From: Octopus sinensis
Lineage: Eukaryota
DNA: 64,000 bases
Direction: 5' to 3'
Assembly: GCF_006345805.1 (NCBI RefSeq)
Contig: NC_043003.1
Span: forward strand, 496,001 to 560,000
Shown here: positions 52,290 through 64,000 of the stretch, piece after piece
Position numbering within the stretch: the first letter of the stretch is position 1
Layout: every line of letters starts with the position of its first letter
Made by a program: the position numbers and the translations under genes
The notes under the pieces: generated by a model
What the model was told of the DNA's origin: nothing
Seen by the model: the letters and a program-made list of their open reading frames with translations, nothing else
Databases searched by the model: none

Positions 52290-52560
52290 CCTACTTTCTA
52301 CCTTTTCTCTCTTTACTTCTCTCTCTCTCTGTCTCTCTCTTTCTCTCTCTCTTTTTCTCTTTGTTTCTCTCTGTCTCTCTCTCTTTCTCTCTGTCTCTCT
52401 CTCTCTGTCTCTCTCTCTGTCTCTCTCTCTTTCTCTCTCTCTTTTTCTCTTTGTTTCTCTCTGTCTCTCTCTCTTTCTCTCTGTCTCTCTCTCTCTGTCT
52501 CTCTCTCTGTCTCTCTCTCTTTCTCTCTCTTTTTCTCTCTCTCTTTCTCTCTCTCTTGTT
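52290..52560. repeat. (CT)n/(CTGT)n tract with internal duplication directly after exon H
   Basis: Read directly. Confidence 0.9.
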
Positions 52561-53229
52561 CTTTCCATTCCTGTTCTCTACTGCTTTCAGTATGGTTTTT
52601 CTCTTTCGCAAATGGTTATCTTTAAAACTTTCTGCTTAGAATCAACGTTCCCTGATACTCTTATATCCTCTGCTTAATGTTATCGGCTCTGATTTGCTTA
52701 AATGTAGTTGTTGCCAACATGAATCAATCCATATAAACATGATAAAGTATGGGCTTCTGGTTTAATATACAAAGCACTGATGCAGGACACTTTGTAAAGT
52801 GGTTGGCATTAGGAAGGGGATCCAGCCATAAAAACCAAGACAATTGGAGCCTGGTGCAGCTCTGCAGCTGGCTAGCTCCTCTCAAACCATCCAACCCATG
52901 ACAGCTTAGAAAGCAGATGTTAAACCTTCTCACCATTCTTGTGAAAATAGGGAAATGAGAAGATTGCTAAGTATTTAGGAAAGACTAACAGATGCAGCTG
53001 TGGCTGTGTGGTTAAGAAGCTTGCTTCGAAGCCACATGGCACCTTGGCCAAGTGTCTTCTACAAATAGCTCCAAACAGACCAATGCATCATGAGTGAATG
53101 GAAACTGTACTGAAGCCCATTTTGTGTGTGTGTGTGTAGTCTGGTGATGACTGAGCTAACTGAAACTTTGAAGTCATTGCCTATAATATTCTTCTTTAAG
53201 AATAATAAATTTATTCTCTATAAAAGTGA

Positions 53230-53565
53230 AGGCCCATGGCTCAGTGGTTAGAGTGTTGAGCTCACAATCATGAGGTAGTGAGTTTGATTCCCAGATGGGG
53301 CTGTGTGTTGTGTTCTTGTGCAAGACACTTTATTTCACGTTGCTCCAGTTCACTCAGCTGTAGAAATGAGTTGTAACATCACTGGTGCCAAGCTGTATCA
53401 GCCTTGGATAACATTGGTGGCGTGGAGACAGGAGGCTGGTATGCATGGACGACTGCTGGTCTTCCATAAAACAACCTTGTCCAACCTTGTGCCTTGGAGG
53501 GGAACTTTCTGGGGGTGCAATCCCATGCTCATTCATGACCAAAAGTTTTGTAGAGTAAAAGAGTA
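53230..53565 (+). mobile_element. tRNA-derived SINE family D. Other copies: about 6765-6965 -, 7030-7320 -, 27860-28000 +, 32240-32512 +, 33785-33990 -
   Basis: A-box TGGCTCAGTGG, B-box-like GTTTGATTCC, and core CTTGAGCAAGACAC..CTCCAGTCCACTCAGCTG. Confidence 0.75.
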
Positions 53566-53660
53566 AAAGACCCCTTTTACTCCACAAAATTATAAAGTAA
53601 CCCTTCAAATAAATGTAAATTTGTTTTTACTATAATTGAACATAAAAGTAAACATTAAAC

Positions 53661-54010
53661 TATATATAAAACAATTGCAGCGTGGAAGGTGTTTATTAGC
53701 CATTTAAGAAACACACAAAAACCGTCAGATTCACTTCAACATTTAAATTTAATTTCCCCAAACATTTTCGTCGCTTTCAGACCGCGACCTCTTCACTGAC
53801 AAAACTTCTTGCTGCATCTCAGTGAACAGGTCGCAGTCTGAAAGCGACGAAAATATTTTGACAAATTAAATTTAAATGTTGAAGTGAATCTAACGGTTTT
53901 TGTGTGTTTCTTAAATGGCTTATAAACATCTTCCACGCTGCAATTGTTTTCGTTCCAGCACACGATCTCAGATCAAGTCACTCGCTATGCAAGTACATCT
54001 CTGTGATATA
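53661..54010. mobile_element. Fold-back element (about 132-bp arms, 53668-53799 and 53819-53950) with a unique 3' extension, TA-flanked
   Basis: Arm complementarity read directly; TA repeats at both ends. Confidence 0.85.
53819..53862 (+). ncRNA. HHR-like motif with G3-C8 core variant (right arm of the 53.7-54.0 kb fold-back)
   Basis: TCA-GTGAACA(53822-28)-G-GTCGC/GCGAC-GAA-AATATT-T-TGAC. The left-arm copy (53757-53800, minus strand) has GTCA and GTGAAGA. The UUU triplet is atypical. Confidence 0.6.
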
Positions 54011-54273
54011 TATATATATACACACAAGGCAGTGAGGTGGCAGAGTCATTTGCATGCCAGGTGAAATGCTCAGCAGTATTTCGTCTGTTGCTATGTTCTG
54101 AGTTCAAATTCCACCGATGTCAACATTCCACACTGGGGTCAATATAATCAACTAGCCCCCTTCCCCCCAGTCCCACTGCGTGGTACCTTGGGCAAGTGTC
54201 TTCTACTATAGCATTGGGCTGACCAAAGCCTTGTGAGTGGATTTGGTAGACGGAAACTGAAAAGAAGCTCGTC

Positions 54274-54335
<62 letters not shown>

Positions 54336-54944
54336 ATATGTCTGTGTATCTCTGTTTGTCCCCCCAACATCACTTGACAACTGATGCTGGTGTGTTTACG
54401 TCCCCGTAACTTAGCAGTTCAGCAAAAGAGACCAATAGAATAAGTACTTACAAAGAATAAGTCCTGGGGTTGATTTGCTCGACTAAAGGCCATGCTCCAG
54501 CATGGCCGCAGCTAAATGACTGAAACAAGTAAAAGGGTAAAAGAGATGTTTCCAACATGTTAACCTTTCTAGAATCGTCTTATTCTGTAGCTTGAGGAAT
54601 TGATTTAGAATCGACCCAAAGAGAAACAGAACCACTTGCAACAAGGCATGACTTCACAGCCTAATCTCTGGGAATTCAGACAAAATTTTATCCATTTTGT
54701 TGGGATTTTTTGATATATATTTTATAATTCAAATGTTTAAATCTAAATTTGTAAATAGGTGACTTTTCTTTTGCTTTTGGGTCATAAATTTATTCTCATC
54801 TTTCTGAATATTGGCTTTGTGTTTGTAGCCATCATCAGCATCAGCAGCATTATCATAATCATCATCATCAGTAGCTCTCTTTACTAATAGTTTACAGCAG
54901 TAAAGATAACCTCCTCATGGTGCCTATTTTAATGAAAGTATGTT

Positions 54945-54970
54945 GCTCTACCGACTGAGTTATCCAGGCA
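54945..54970 (-). pseudogene. tRNA-Lys-like 5' fragment (SINE head or pseudogene)
   Basis: Reverse complement GCCTGGATAACTCAGTCGGTAGAGCA resembles the 5' end of eukaryotic tRNA-Lys; no T-arm follows. Confidence 0.5.
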
Positions 54971-56318
54971 CTACAAGGGTGCCTTTATGTGGTCACTGAT
55001 TTTGCCAGAAATAACTGCCAAATGTCTCTCAAAAATCACATTCTACTATCTTTAAAAAAGAAGGAAGGCAACATTGAATGATGTAGTCCAAGTTGCACTG
55101 TGACAGAAATAAAGATATGATAACCACATCTGGTAAGCTTTTGAGCAAAGATCTGTTGAATTTGTTGACTTGGAACTCAGTAACAACAACAGCAACAACA
55201 GAACGTTAGTACAATGGCTACAAACTATTTTAATGAAGACGGAATGAAATATCAATATTGTAAATGTCTTAATCGTCTTTATAGAATAACTGCCAGATTA
55301 TTAAACTCTGAGTAGTGTTACTTTGGTTCATGTTACTGCTGCTACTCTGAAATATATACATATCACACATTTGTCTGTTCGGCAATGTTATAGACAGCTC
55401 TACTTCTCCAATATGATTTAGCAAATTTAATTGGCTGCTGTTCACCTTCACCTTGGCAAAGCTGTCAGAAACTCACATTTCTTATATTTTGCCTGTGATC
55501 TCGCTTCGGTAATTGCCTTCTCCAGACAGACAACAGACAGGCAGGAGGGTCAAACAAATTCACCTTTCCTGCCCATTTCCTCTCTCTCTCTCTCAGTTCC
55601 TTCCTTCCTTCCAGTCTTAAAAATGTTGCCATCTTCTATCTCTTCTTAAGCAGAATAACATTTCATGGGTTAGATGGAAGGGGATAACACTATAGAAGAA
55701 ATAAAGAACAAAACAAAAAGAAAAAAAAAACAGAACAAAACAAACACAAAGAAATAAAGATAAAAAAAGGTAACTTCTCTGCTAGTAGCCGGCAGCAGTT
55801 CAGCACGGTTGCCAAATATTAGTTTTAATAATAGTTGCATACTTTACCCAAACTTGGAAGGTCAAAAGTTTAAGGGGAAAACGAGCATTGCCTCGCATAA
55901 ATTGCCATTTGCATCCCTGCATATTTGCAGCCAAATAGCATTTCTGGAGAAACATTTTCAGAACTCTGGCCTTGTGTTGCATGATTTAAGATTAAGAAGA
56001 TACGTAATAAATCTTATCTATTGGTAGTGTTGTCATGCTTATCACCACCACCACCACCACCACCACCACCACCACCACCACTATTACTACCACTACTACC
56101 ACCACCATCATTCTTATTTATTAGTCATGATCATCACCACCATCATCATCATCATCATCATCCCTATCGTTATCCCTTATATCCTCATCTTCATCATCAC
56201 TCCCATAATTCTTATATACGTTTGACTAGCTTTCATCTTTAAGTAGCAAAACACCTAAAAATACTTTAATGAGCATTTTGGTCATACACACACACACATA
56301 TATATGTACATATATGTG

Positions 56319-56408
<90 letters not shown>

Positions 56409-56949
56409 CACACACATATATATATGTGTGTATACGCACTCACACACACACACGTGTTAATATGTATATGATGCCCTTTTTTCTTCTCTGTTTGTATTTC
56501 TTTCTGTTCTTTTATTCTTTCTCTCTCTCTCATTTTTTTTTCTGAACCAAAATAAACATATTTTTCCTCTCCCTTTGAAATATATCAATTACAGTTGTTG
56601 TCTTCTGTATCATCGTCGCTCAATACTTGCCTGATGTCTTTAGCTTCTTTCCCTCACTTTTCTCCTCTCTCTCTCTCTCTCTCTCTCTCCATCACACTGC
56701 CACTGTGGGGTACTTGAAAGAATCTGCTTACTTAAGTTTCATCTAATAACTGCCTCACTCACCTGCAGTCAATCACACATCACAAACTGGTTTCCATTAC
56801 TTTGCACCTAACTCTCCATTATCGTAGCACTGAATATTCTCCTAGATTTCAGGTAAATCTATTTTGAAAGATAAAAACCCCTATATCAAATCTCGTTGGT
56901 GCCAACTCTGATTTTCGTCCCTCTTGGGGCATAATACAAACCTAGTTTA

Positions 56950-57261
56950 ATTACATTATTTACAGTATTTACATTTGACGGGCATGGTGTAGTGGTTAAG
57001 AGTGTGGGCTACAAACCCCAAGATTACAAGTTCGATTCCGGGCAGCGACCTGAATAATAATAATAATAATAAAAATAATTATAATAATAACATCAAAAAT
57101 TACCTTAGGAATGAGAACCAAGGTTTGAAATTTCCCCAAGACACCTGATGAAGGCTGGAGGGTATATCAGCCGAAACATTGTATTAACAACAAACAAGAT
57201 GAGGACAAATATCCATCAAATGTAAATAAAGTACATAATTCCTCATCTCTTAAACATAGAA
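56950..57261 (+). mobile_element. tRNA-headed HHR-bearing SINE/retrozyme-like element, full length
   Basis: A-box TGGTGTAGTGG and B-box GTTCGATTCC, then an (AAT)n linker, the HHR and a 3' tail. An inverted piece of its own 3' end (ATTTACATTTGACGG) precedes the head. CTAGTTT(A/C)ATTA flanks both sides (56942-53, 57262-73). Confidence 0.8.
57140..57185 (+). ncRNA. Minimal HHR motif, same family, helix III CpG-decayed (ACGT to ACAT)
   Basis: GACAC-CTGATGA-A-GGCTG..CAGCC-GAA-ACAT-T-GTATT. Confidence 0.7.
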
Positions 57262-57377
57262 CTAGTTTCATTAGTTGAATAACTTTAAAATATATCTTTT
57301 ATCTTTTGCCTGTTTCAGTCATTAGACTGTGGCCATTCTGGGGCACCACCTGTTTATAATTATACTAGTTCTTTCAG

Positions 57378-57602
57378 TTAACCCTTTAGCATCTAAACCA
57401 GCCAATTCTGGTTCAAATATTCTACTTGTTTTATGTTAGAACTGGCTGGATCTGGCCTCTTACACCTAGCCTTAAATGTTGTTCTAAAAATAAGCAACCC
57501 CATCATCAAAATCTGAAAATCATGAGCTAATGCATGATTAGTTCAAAACATTGTGATAAATAAGCATTATTTGACAGAGTAATCTGAATGCTAAAGAGTT
57601 AA
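57378..57602. mobile_element. piggyBac-like MITE, family 2
   Basis: TTAA-CCCTTTAGCAT..AATGCTAAAGAG-TTAA; interior similar to the reverse complement of 9044-9246. Confidence 0.75.
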
Positions 57603-59261
57603 ATTTCTTTAAATATATTTAGAATTATTTTGCAATTTAGAAGTGCCAAAGTAATTCTCTTTTACAAGGGATCTTTAATACAAAAGTAGCTATAAATAAT
57701 AGATTATAAAACATTGGCTGAAAAGAAAAGCATCTTTTAAATGGGGAATAGATGAACAGCCACCCTTGATGGTTCTGATACTATCATACCAAAGTGGCCC
57801 TCCAACTTTTAACCATTTCAATTCGATACTTTAATCTTATAAATGCAAAAGGAAGTTTGATTACATTTAAAATGTAATTTAGAAGCATCAGGATATATAT
57901 TTTAGAGTTGACTGAAAGAATTACATCATGGATTGAGTCAAGGTAACCATTTAATTGTTTCATAACCATATTTCTCAGAAAATCATTGTCTATGGATTTT
58001 ATTTAATATTGAAAATCATCAAAAATTTAGAGGGATTTAATAGAATTACCAACTTTGTTAAAGGCATCCAAGAACAAGGTGGAAGTGTTAAAGCAGGTGA
58101 CTAATTAAGTCTACCTCCTAAATAGGACATTATGGGATTTGAACACAGGATGCAAAGAACTGGAGCAACTGTAGCATGGCACCTCATCCAATGCTCTAAC
58201 AGTTTCATCAATTTATTCCTGGAAGAATAAAAGTCATACATGGCATTCGTAGGAGTTGAACTTGGAATGGAATACAGGAATCTAGAATAAATTCTGAAAG
58301 ATTATTAATGCTGATCAGTATTCCATGAGAAATAGTTAGTCTTCTGGTACAGTACTAGCTGAGATAGATGAAGTGTTAAACTAGTATTAAACTAGCTTAT
58401 CCATTTGTCATTTTGCGGATACTGTATTTGATGGCATAGAAGACACCTATTTTTCCCCCAAAAAAATCTCAAAGAATCACCCTGAGTTCTTTATGCAAAG
58501 TTGGGCCTCCTATAAGCTAATTTTGTTTCTGATGCTCACTTTTTTCCTGAACATTTGCTCCTGAAATTGAGATGTGTCTAACATATGATCATTTGTCTTT
58601 TATGTTATGCCATCAGATTCTCTATGCAAAATTGGGACATTCACATATTCCTGAATACAATCTGCTGAAATTGTGATGTATTTAACATGCCCACATGTCT
58701 TTCATACCATTAGGCCCTTTCTGCAAGGTTGGGACTCCCATGAGCTAATTTTACTCTTATGTCAGCGTGTCTTTCATGCCATCAGTGCCATTTGAGATTT
58801 GGGGCTCAAAACTAAGGCTTCGGTGTAAATGAGATTGTTAAGAGATGGGCTACAAAGAGCAGTTTAAGAAGCAGCTTGTTTGGCTAGTTTTCTTTCTTTC
58901 TTGGAATAGATAAAATCCATATTTTATACAAGTGTTCTTCAAACGGTGAAAGAGAAAAAAACCCCCCAAAAACAAAGGCTAGGGTAATCTGGAAAAATCT
59001 ATGAAAAACTATTTAATATGAGCATAAAATGTGGTGTAAATTGTGTATTCAGGTGTGTGGGGTGATGTTCATCTAAATTCTATTATTGTTACTAATCACG
59101 ATGATAAGTTATTTAGTTAGTAGTACGGTAATACGGCAGTGGAGTGGCAGCAGGTTCTACAGATATTAATATATTAATAGAAACTTTCAGCTTCCCAAGG
59201 CTGTCGAAGAAACAAACATGTAAAGAGATGTTTCAATAATTCTCATATATTTATGCACCGC

Positions 59262-59312
<51 letters not shown>

Positions 59313-59320
59313 CAATAATA

Positions 59321-59364
<44 letters not shown>

Positions 59365-59365
59365 C

Positions 59366-59398
<33 letters not shown>

Positions 59399-61539
59399 TG
59401 TTTTTACTATAGGCACAAAACCTGAAATTTTAGGGGTGAGGGCTTGTTGATTGTGTTGACCCCAGTGCTCAAATAATACTTATTTTACTGACCCTTAAAG
59501 GATGAGAGGCAAAGCTGACTTCAGTGAAATCTGCCAGCTAACTGATAATAATAATAATGATAATAATAATAATAATAATAATAATGGTAATAATACTAAC
59601 AATTTTGTTGGTATTATCATCATCATCACTGTTATTATTGCCATAACTACTACAACTACTACTACTACAGTAACACTCAAATAATACATATATTTATCAT
59701 GATTAGTGAGTGGTAAGAGTATCTTTTCTCTCATTTTCTGATAGTATTGAGATAACAGAAGAAATCTAAGCAACTGATAACAAAACAAATCGTGTTTCCA
59801 AATAATTACACTTTATTCGTAATACAACTTAATTATGTGTCTTAAGCTTTATAAACCCTCTTTTACCATTCTCATCCTGCACCTCTTCGAAACCCTCCTC
59901 TTCTGCATTCTCCACTTCATCATCATCATCATTATCATCATCATTATCATCACCACTACTTGTTTTTTTTTGTTTTGTTTTGTTTTGTTTCTCAAGAAGA
60001 CATCGTTATATCAGTTCTCAAATTTCCAAACTCTTCATACACTGTTTCATGTCAGTTCTTGCAGCTATGCCATCTATTTGTGGTGGTGGTGGTGGTGGTG
60101 AAGGTTCCACATCTAGTACCAAAGAACTATAAATAAGACACCAGATGTTACCTGGGTGTGGGTCACGTAGCAATCGGTTGTGTGTATGTATAATATGTGT
60201 GTGTGTGTGTGTGTGTGTGTGTTTGGATGACGAGTATAAATCAGTTTTAAGATAGAATGATTTGACACGGTTCACTCTTAACTGCTTTCTGGGAGCGTGT
60301 CAAATGTTTGGCAACATGAAAACACAAAAAACACAAAAACCCCACAAAAACACAACAGGTTTTCTGTTGCTACCTGAGATAATCACTAACAGCCAGGTTA
60401 CCTTTTTTTATCATCACTGCCATTTGTACTTATCTACATATATAAACATACATACACACACACATACATACACACATACATATATACACACATGCATAAA
60501 TACACACACACATGCATACGTACATATATGCACACACAATGGTATGGTTCCACTTTATATGCTCTCATTACTGTGACATTCTTTAAGATAGTTTACTCTC
60601 ATTTCTGATGATAGCACATCATTATTATTATTATTTTTCTTACTCTCATTTGCATTCTTATACTCTCATGTGGTGGTGGATGCAGCAGAACCAGCCATGG
60701 TTCTGCTGCACCCCCCCCCCCACCATTACCACCACCACCATCACCATCATTATCATCATCATCATCATCATCACCACCACCGCCACCACCACCACCACCA
60801 CCATCATCATAATCATCATCACCACCACCATCATCATCCCCACTACCATCATCATCCCCACCATCGTCTCCAACATCATCACCACCACCACAACCACTAC
60901 CATTGTTGCCTATAGCTGTTGGGAGAGACACGTCTCATATTCATGTTAGGGTCTTACATATTCAACACATGTGTTGAGAAACTTTAACTGTGAGTTTCAT
61001 TCAGAAAATCAACATAGTGTTTAAAATATATATATATATATATATATATAAAAGAAGCAACTAAGGGAGATAATTCTAATAGTAACAGCCAATTGACATT
61101 TTCAGAAAATAAAGATAGATATATCCATTAGTTTTGCCAGTTAGTTTTAAACCCAGGATCCATACCAATGTTGGACTGAGTCTTGTCTTTAAAACTAACT
61201 ATTGAAAATAATGGACATGTTTTGGTCTTATTAGTTCTTCACAGCAAAGCCATCATATATATTGTTGCTATTATGCAAAAGTGTCGTAAGTTCAAAATGT
61301 TGTCTTTTCAGAAAAGGAACAAAATAGTTTCACCATTCTATAGCAAAACTGTTGTACTACACCTTGACAAAATCTTGATATTTTGGCATCTGAAGCAACT
61401 GGAGATACGATAGTTTGACCAAAAGAACTGGGTATGGCAAGGAAAAATAAATATTTAAGAAAATGCATTTGGCGACATTTGACATAAGACAGTTTAACAT
61501 AATAGTAACAATATATATAAATATATATATACATATATA

Positions 61540-61575
<36 letters not shown>

Positions 61576-61626
61576 TGTATGTATGTATGTATGTATGTAT
61601 GTATGTATGTATGTATGTATATATAT

Positions 61627-61784
61627 GAGTGGCTGTGTGGTAAGTAGCTTGCTAACCAACCACATGGTTCCGGGTTCAGTCCCACTGCGTGGCATCTTGG
61701 GCAAGTGTCGTCTGCTATAGCCCCGGGCCGACCAATGCCTTGTGAGTGGATTTGGTAGATGGAAACTGAAAGAAGCCTGTCGTA

Positions 61785-61829
<45 letters not shown>

Positions 61830-61985
61830 ATGTGTGTGTGTTTGTTCCCCTAGCATTGCTTGACAACCGATGCTGGTGTGTTTACGTCCCCGTCACTTAG
61901 CGGTTCGGCAAAAAGAGACCGATAGAATAAGTACTGGGCTTACAAAAGAATAAGTCCCGGGGTCGATCTGCTCGACTAAAGGCGA
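61627..61985 (+). mobile_element. tRNA-derived SINE family A. Other copies: about 3312-3690 +, 5015-5390 +, 23385-23725 -, 43022-43215 +, 52992-53140 +, 54170-54545 +
   Basis: A-box TGGCTGTGTGGT, B-box-like GGGTTCAGTCCC, core CTTGGGCAAGTGTC, internal (TA)/(GT) tract and shared tail GAATAAGTAC..CCAGCATGGCC. Confidence 0.85.
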
Positions 61986-62024
61986 GTTAAAAAAAACAAG
62001 TAAAAAAAAACAAGTAAAAAAAAA

Positions 62025-62127
<103 letters not shown>

Positions 62128-62228
62128 TATTAATGTTTGCTTTTATGTTATAATGAAAACAATTTTACATCAAACTGATGTACATTTGATGGAGCACAAA
62201 TTTATTATTCTTTAACAAGAATATTATT

Positions 62229-62278
62229 GACAGTAACTTCGAAGTTTTCACCTGCTAAGCCATCATCAGATATATGTC
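62229..62278 (-). ncRNA. Decayed HHR motif with long palindromic helix III
   Basis: Reverse complement CTGATGA-T-GGCTTAGCAGGT-GAA-AACTTCGAAGTT-A-CTGTC. Related copy at 10930-10970 (minus strand). Confidence 0.5.
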
Positions 62279-63074
62279 TGTGTGTTTTGATCATTACCCC
62301 TGCCAATCTTTCGCTTGCAGTTCAGCAAAAAATCTGTGGAATAAATCCTAGACTTCAAAAAATATTTGTATTGGGGTTCATCTGTTTGTTTGAAACCCTC
62401 CAAGGCAATGCTGAAGCATGGCCACAGTCCAATGACTGAAACAAATAAAAGATAGAAGCCTAGTTATATAGCGTATGTATGTTTAGTTCTTGTTGTTGCC
62501 TCCGGCTTCAAGCCTCTGATATTGTTGAAACAACTGACATCTTTGGCTGCCAGTTGACTGAAACCTGAGATTTCATACAAGTGTGAACATACTTTCGTGA
62601 TGCATTAGGGGGGGGGGCATCTTCTGTTCTTCTATAATTCTGCCTGGTGCATTGCCAGCTTGCATAAATAAAGTATACCTGCATGCATCTAGCTCAAGAT
62701 ATGCCACCAGCACCTCAAAAATATGGTCTAATTTTATGTGTTCTGTGTCAGTTCTATAAACATTGCATATGTTCTCTGTGTTGTTGAGGATATAATTAGG
62801 TTGGAACTAGTAATGATGATGCTAGTAACATCTGCTTGTTTTTGTTTTTAATCAAGCATAGCATAATAATGGAAAAGAGAGGAAACAAGAAAAAAACAAA
62901 AAAAAAAACAATTCAGTCTTCGTTGGAATTCATGGAATTGAACCTAGTCTCATCTTCTTCATAGTTCTGTTCTTTAGATGATGTGAGCTGTTTTTCTATC
63001 TGTATCTAGGTCGTAGTCTTTAAATGATTCTGTTGGTCCAAATAACCAATTTTGTTAGCTGCACACAACTTAGT

Positions 63075-63150
<76 letters not shown>

Positions 63151-63179
63151 ACACTTATGTATATACTTATGTATATAAC

Positions 63180-63510
63180 ATCTAATCTAGGATAGAATTT
63201 TTCGAAAAAATTCTATCAATGGCCAGCACATTAAAAAATACCTTTAAAGGTTAAATTTATAAACAATTTATAAGCAAGGGCAAAAGAAAAAAATTCTAAT
63301 GCCAAAATATGCCGAAAATGGATTCTACGTCAATAACCATGTAATATATCACTACAAATACATATTTCAAAGAAAGCCGACAGAAATTTCTAAAAGATTC
63401 CATTATTACCATATCGGACCCATGATATATTACATGGTTATTGATGTAGTGTCCATTTTCAGCATATTTTGGCATTAGAAATTTTTTTCTTTTGCCCTTA
63501 CTTATATATA
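63180..63510. mobile_element. TA/CA-flanked element: palindromic cap plus about 83-bp inverted arms
   Basis: Arms 63269-63351 and 63423-63506; cap palindrome GATAGAATTTTTCGAAAAAATTCTATC at 63191-63217. Confidence 0.75.
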
Positions 63511-63525
63511 TATATACATATATAT

Positions 63526-63709
63526 AAAGTTAGATAAGGCTAGTTTAAGAGATTACCCTGGGTTTCATGTCCATAAAGTGGTTAGCTTTACAACTAAGTG
63601 CTTTATGGAGGGGAAACCCAGGGTAATCCCTTAAACCAACTTTATTTATATTATATACTGTTCTATAACTTAGAGTGTGTTTCTTTTTCGGATTTATGTT
63701 CTACCGACA

Positions 63710-63715
<6 letters not shown>
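63526..63715. mobile_element. TA-flanked fold-back element with 3' extension
   Basis: GTTTAAGAGATTACCCTGGGTTTC..CCATAAAG (63543-78) pairs with CTTTATGG..GAAACCCAGGGTAATCCCTTAAAC (63601-36). Confidence 0.7.
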
Positions 63716-63749
<34 letters not shown>

Positions 63750-63781
63750 TCTGTCCTACCTGTGTTAGCAGTGCAATTCAT

Positions 63782-63913
63782 TCACTTTTTAAAGTGATCT
63801 CTACAGAATTTCTATAAAAATTAGAGCGAGTACAGAAAGTGTATGAAACGTCATAACTTTCAGCACTGGCTCTAATTTCTATCGATTATCTGTAGAGGTG
63901 AATTTAAAAGTGA
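63782..63913. mobile_element. Degenerate palindromic element of about 132 bp
   Basis: Arms centred on TATGA-AACG-TCATA (63842-55), with termini TCACTTTT/AAAAGTGA; (TA)n on the right. Confidence 0.6.
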
Positions 63914-63944
63914 TATATATACATATACATATATATACATATAT

Positions 63945-63987
<43 letters not shown>

Positions 63988-64000
63988 CATAATGTAGCAC

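Noticed and set aside
52047-52677. RERERE and SLSLSL ORFs of 92-173 aa
   Set aside because: Produced by the (CT)n tract. The real exon is 52083-52262 in a frame not listed; ORF 51908-52282 overlaps it in the wrong frame.
60599-60949. Poly-His, poly-Gly/Asp and poly-Thr ORFs
   Set aside because: (CAC)n/(CAT)n trinucleotide repeats that are open in many frames, with no splice signals.
62530-62572. CTGACAT-TTTGGCTG/CAGTTGA-CTGAAAC
   Set aside because: The core lacks G8/A9 and there is no palindrome or helix I; too degenerate to call.
63835-63860. GAAACGTC at the centre of the 63782 palindrome
   Set aside because: No upstream NUGANNA core at the correct spacing.

Overview
AT-rich, microsatellite-dense eukaryotic DNA. 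The repeat content (tRNA-derived SINEs, RTE-type GAT-tailed elements, long (TA)n) resembles coleoid cephalopod (octopus-like) genomes; this is inference only. The window lies almost entirely inside one + strand gene. I identified eight short exons by eye (4255-4350, 9533-9619, 18636-18726, 21632-21676, 33002-33028, 41111-41155, 47036-47107, 52083-52262; 643 nt over about 48 kb). They splice in compatible phases into an E/R/K/A-rich protein with a single-alpha-helix (ER/K) segment. The best guess is the long N-terminal extension of a molluscan troponin I or a caldesmon-like protein; no start codon or conserved C-terminal domain is visible. Nearly all ORFs in the supplied track are microsatellite artefacts. 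The main discovery is in the introns: about 14 minimal type-I hammerhead-ribozyme (HHR) motifs of the Penelope/retrozyme kind, from at least six unrelated families. All have a palindromic helix III, and the 3-8 core pair covaries between families (C3-G8, U3-A8, G3-C8). Several sit in head-to-head fold-back elements embedded in simple repeats. One family fuses a Pol III tRNA head to the HHR and was inserted once as an inverted dimer with a 14-bp target-site duplication. Repeat boundaries are approximate (about 10-20 nt); exon and HHR coordinates were counted base by base.
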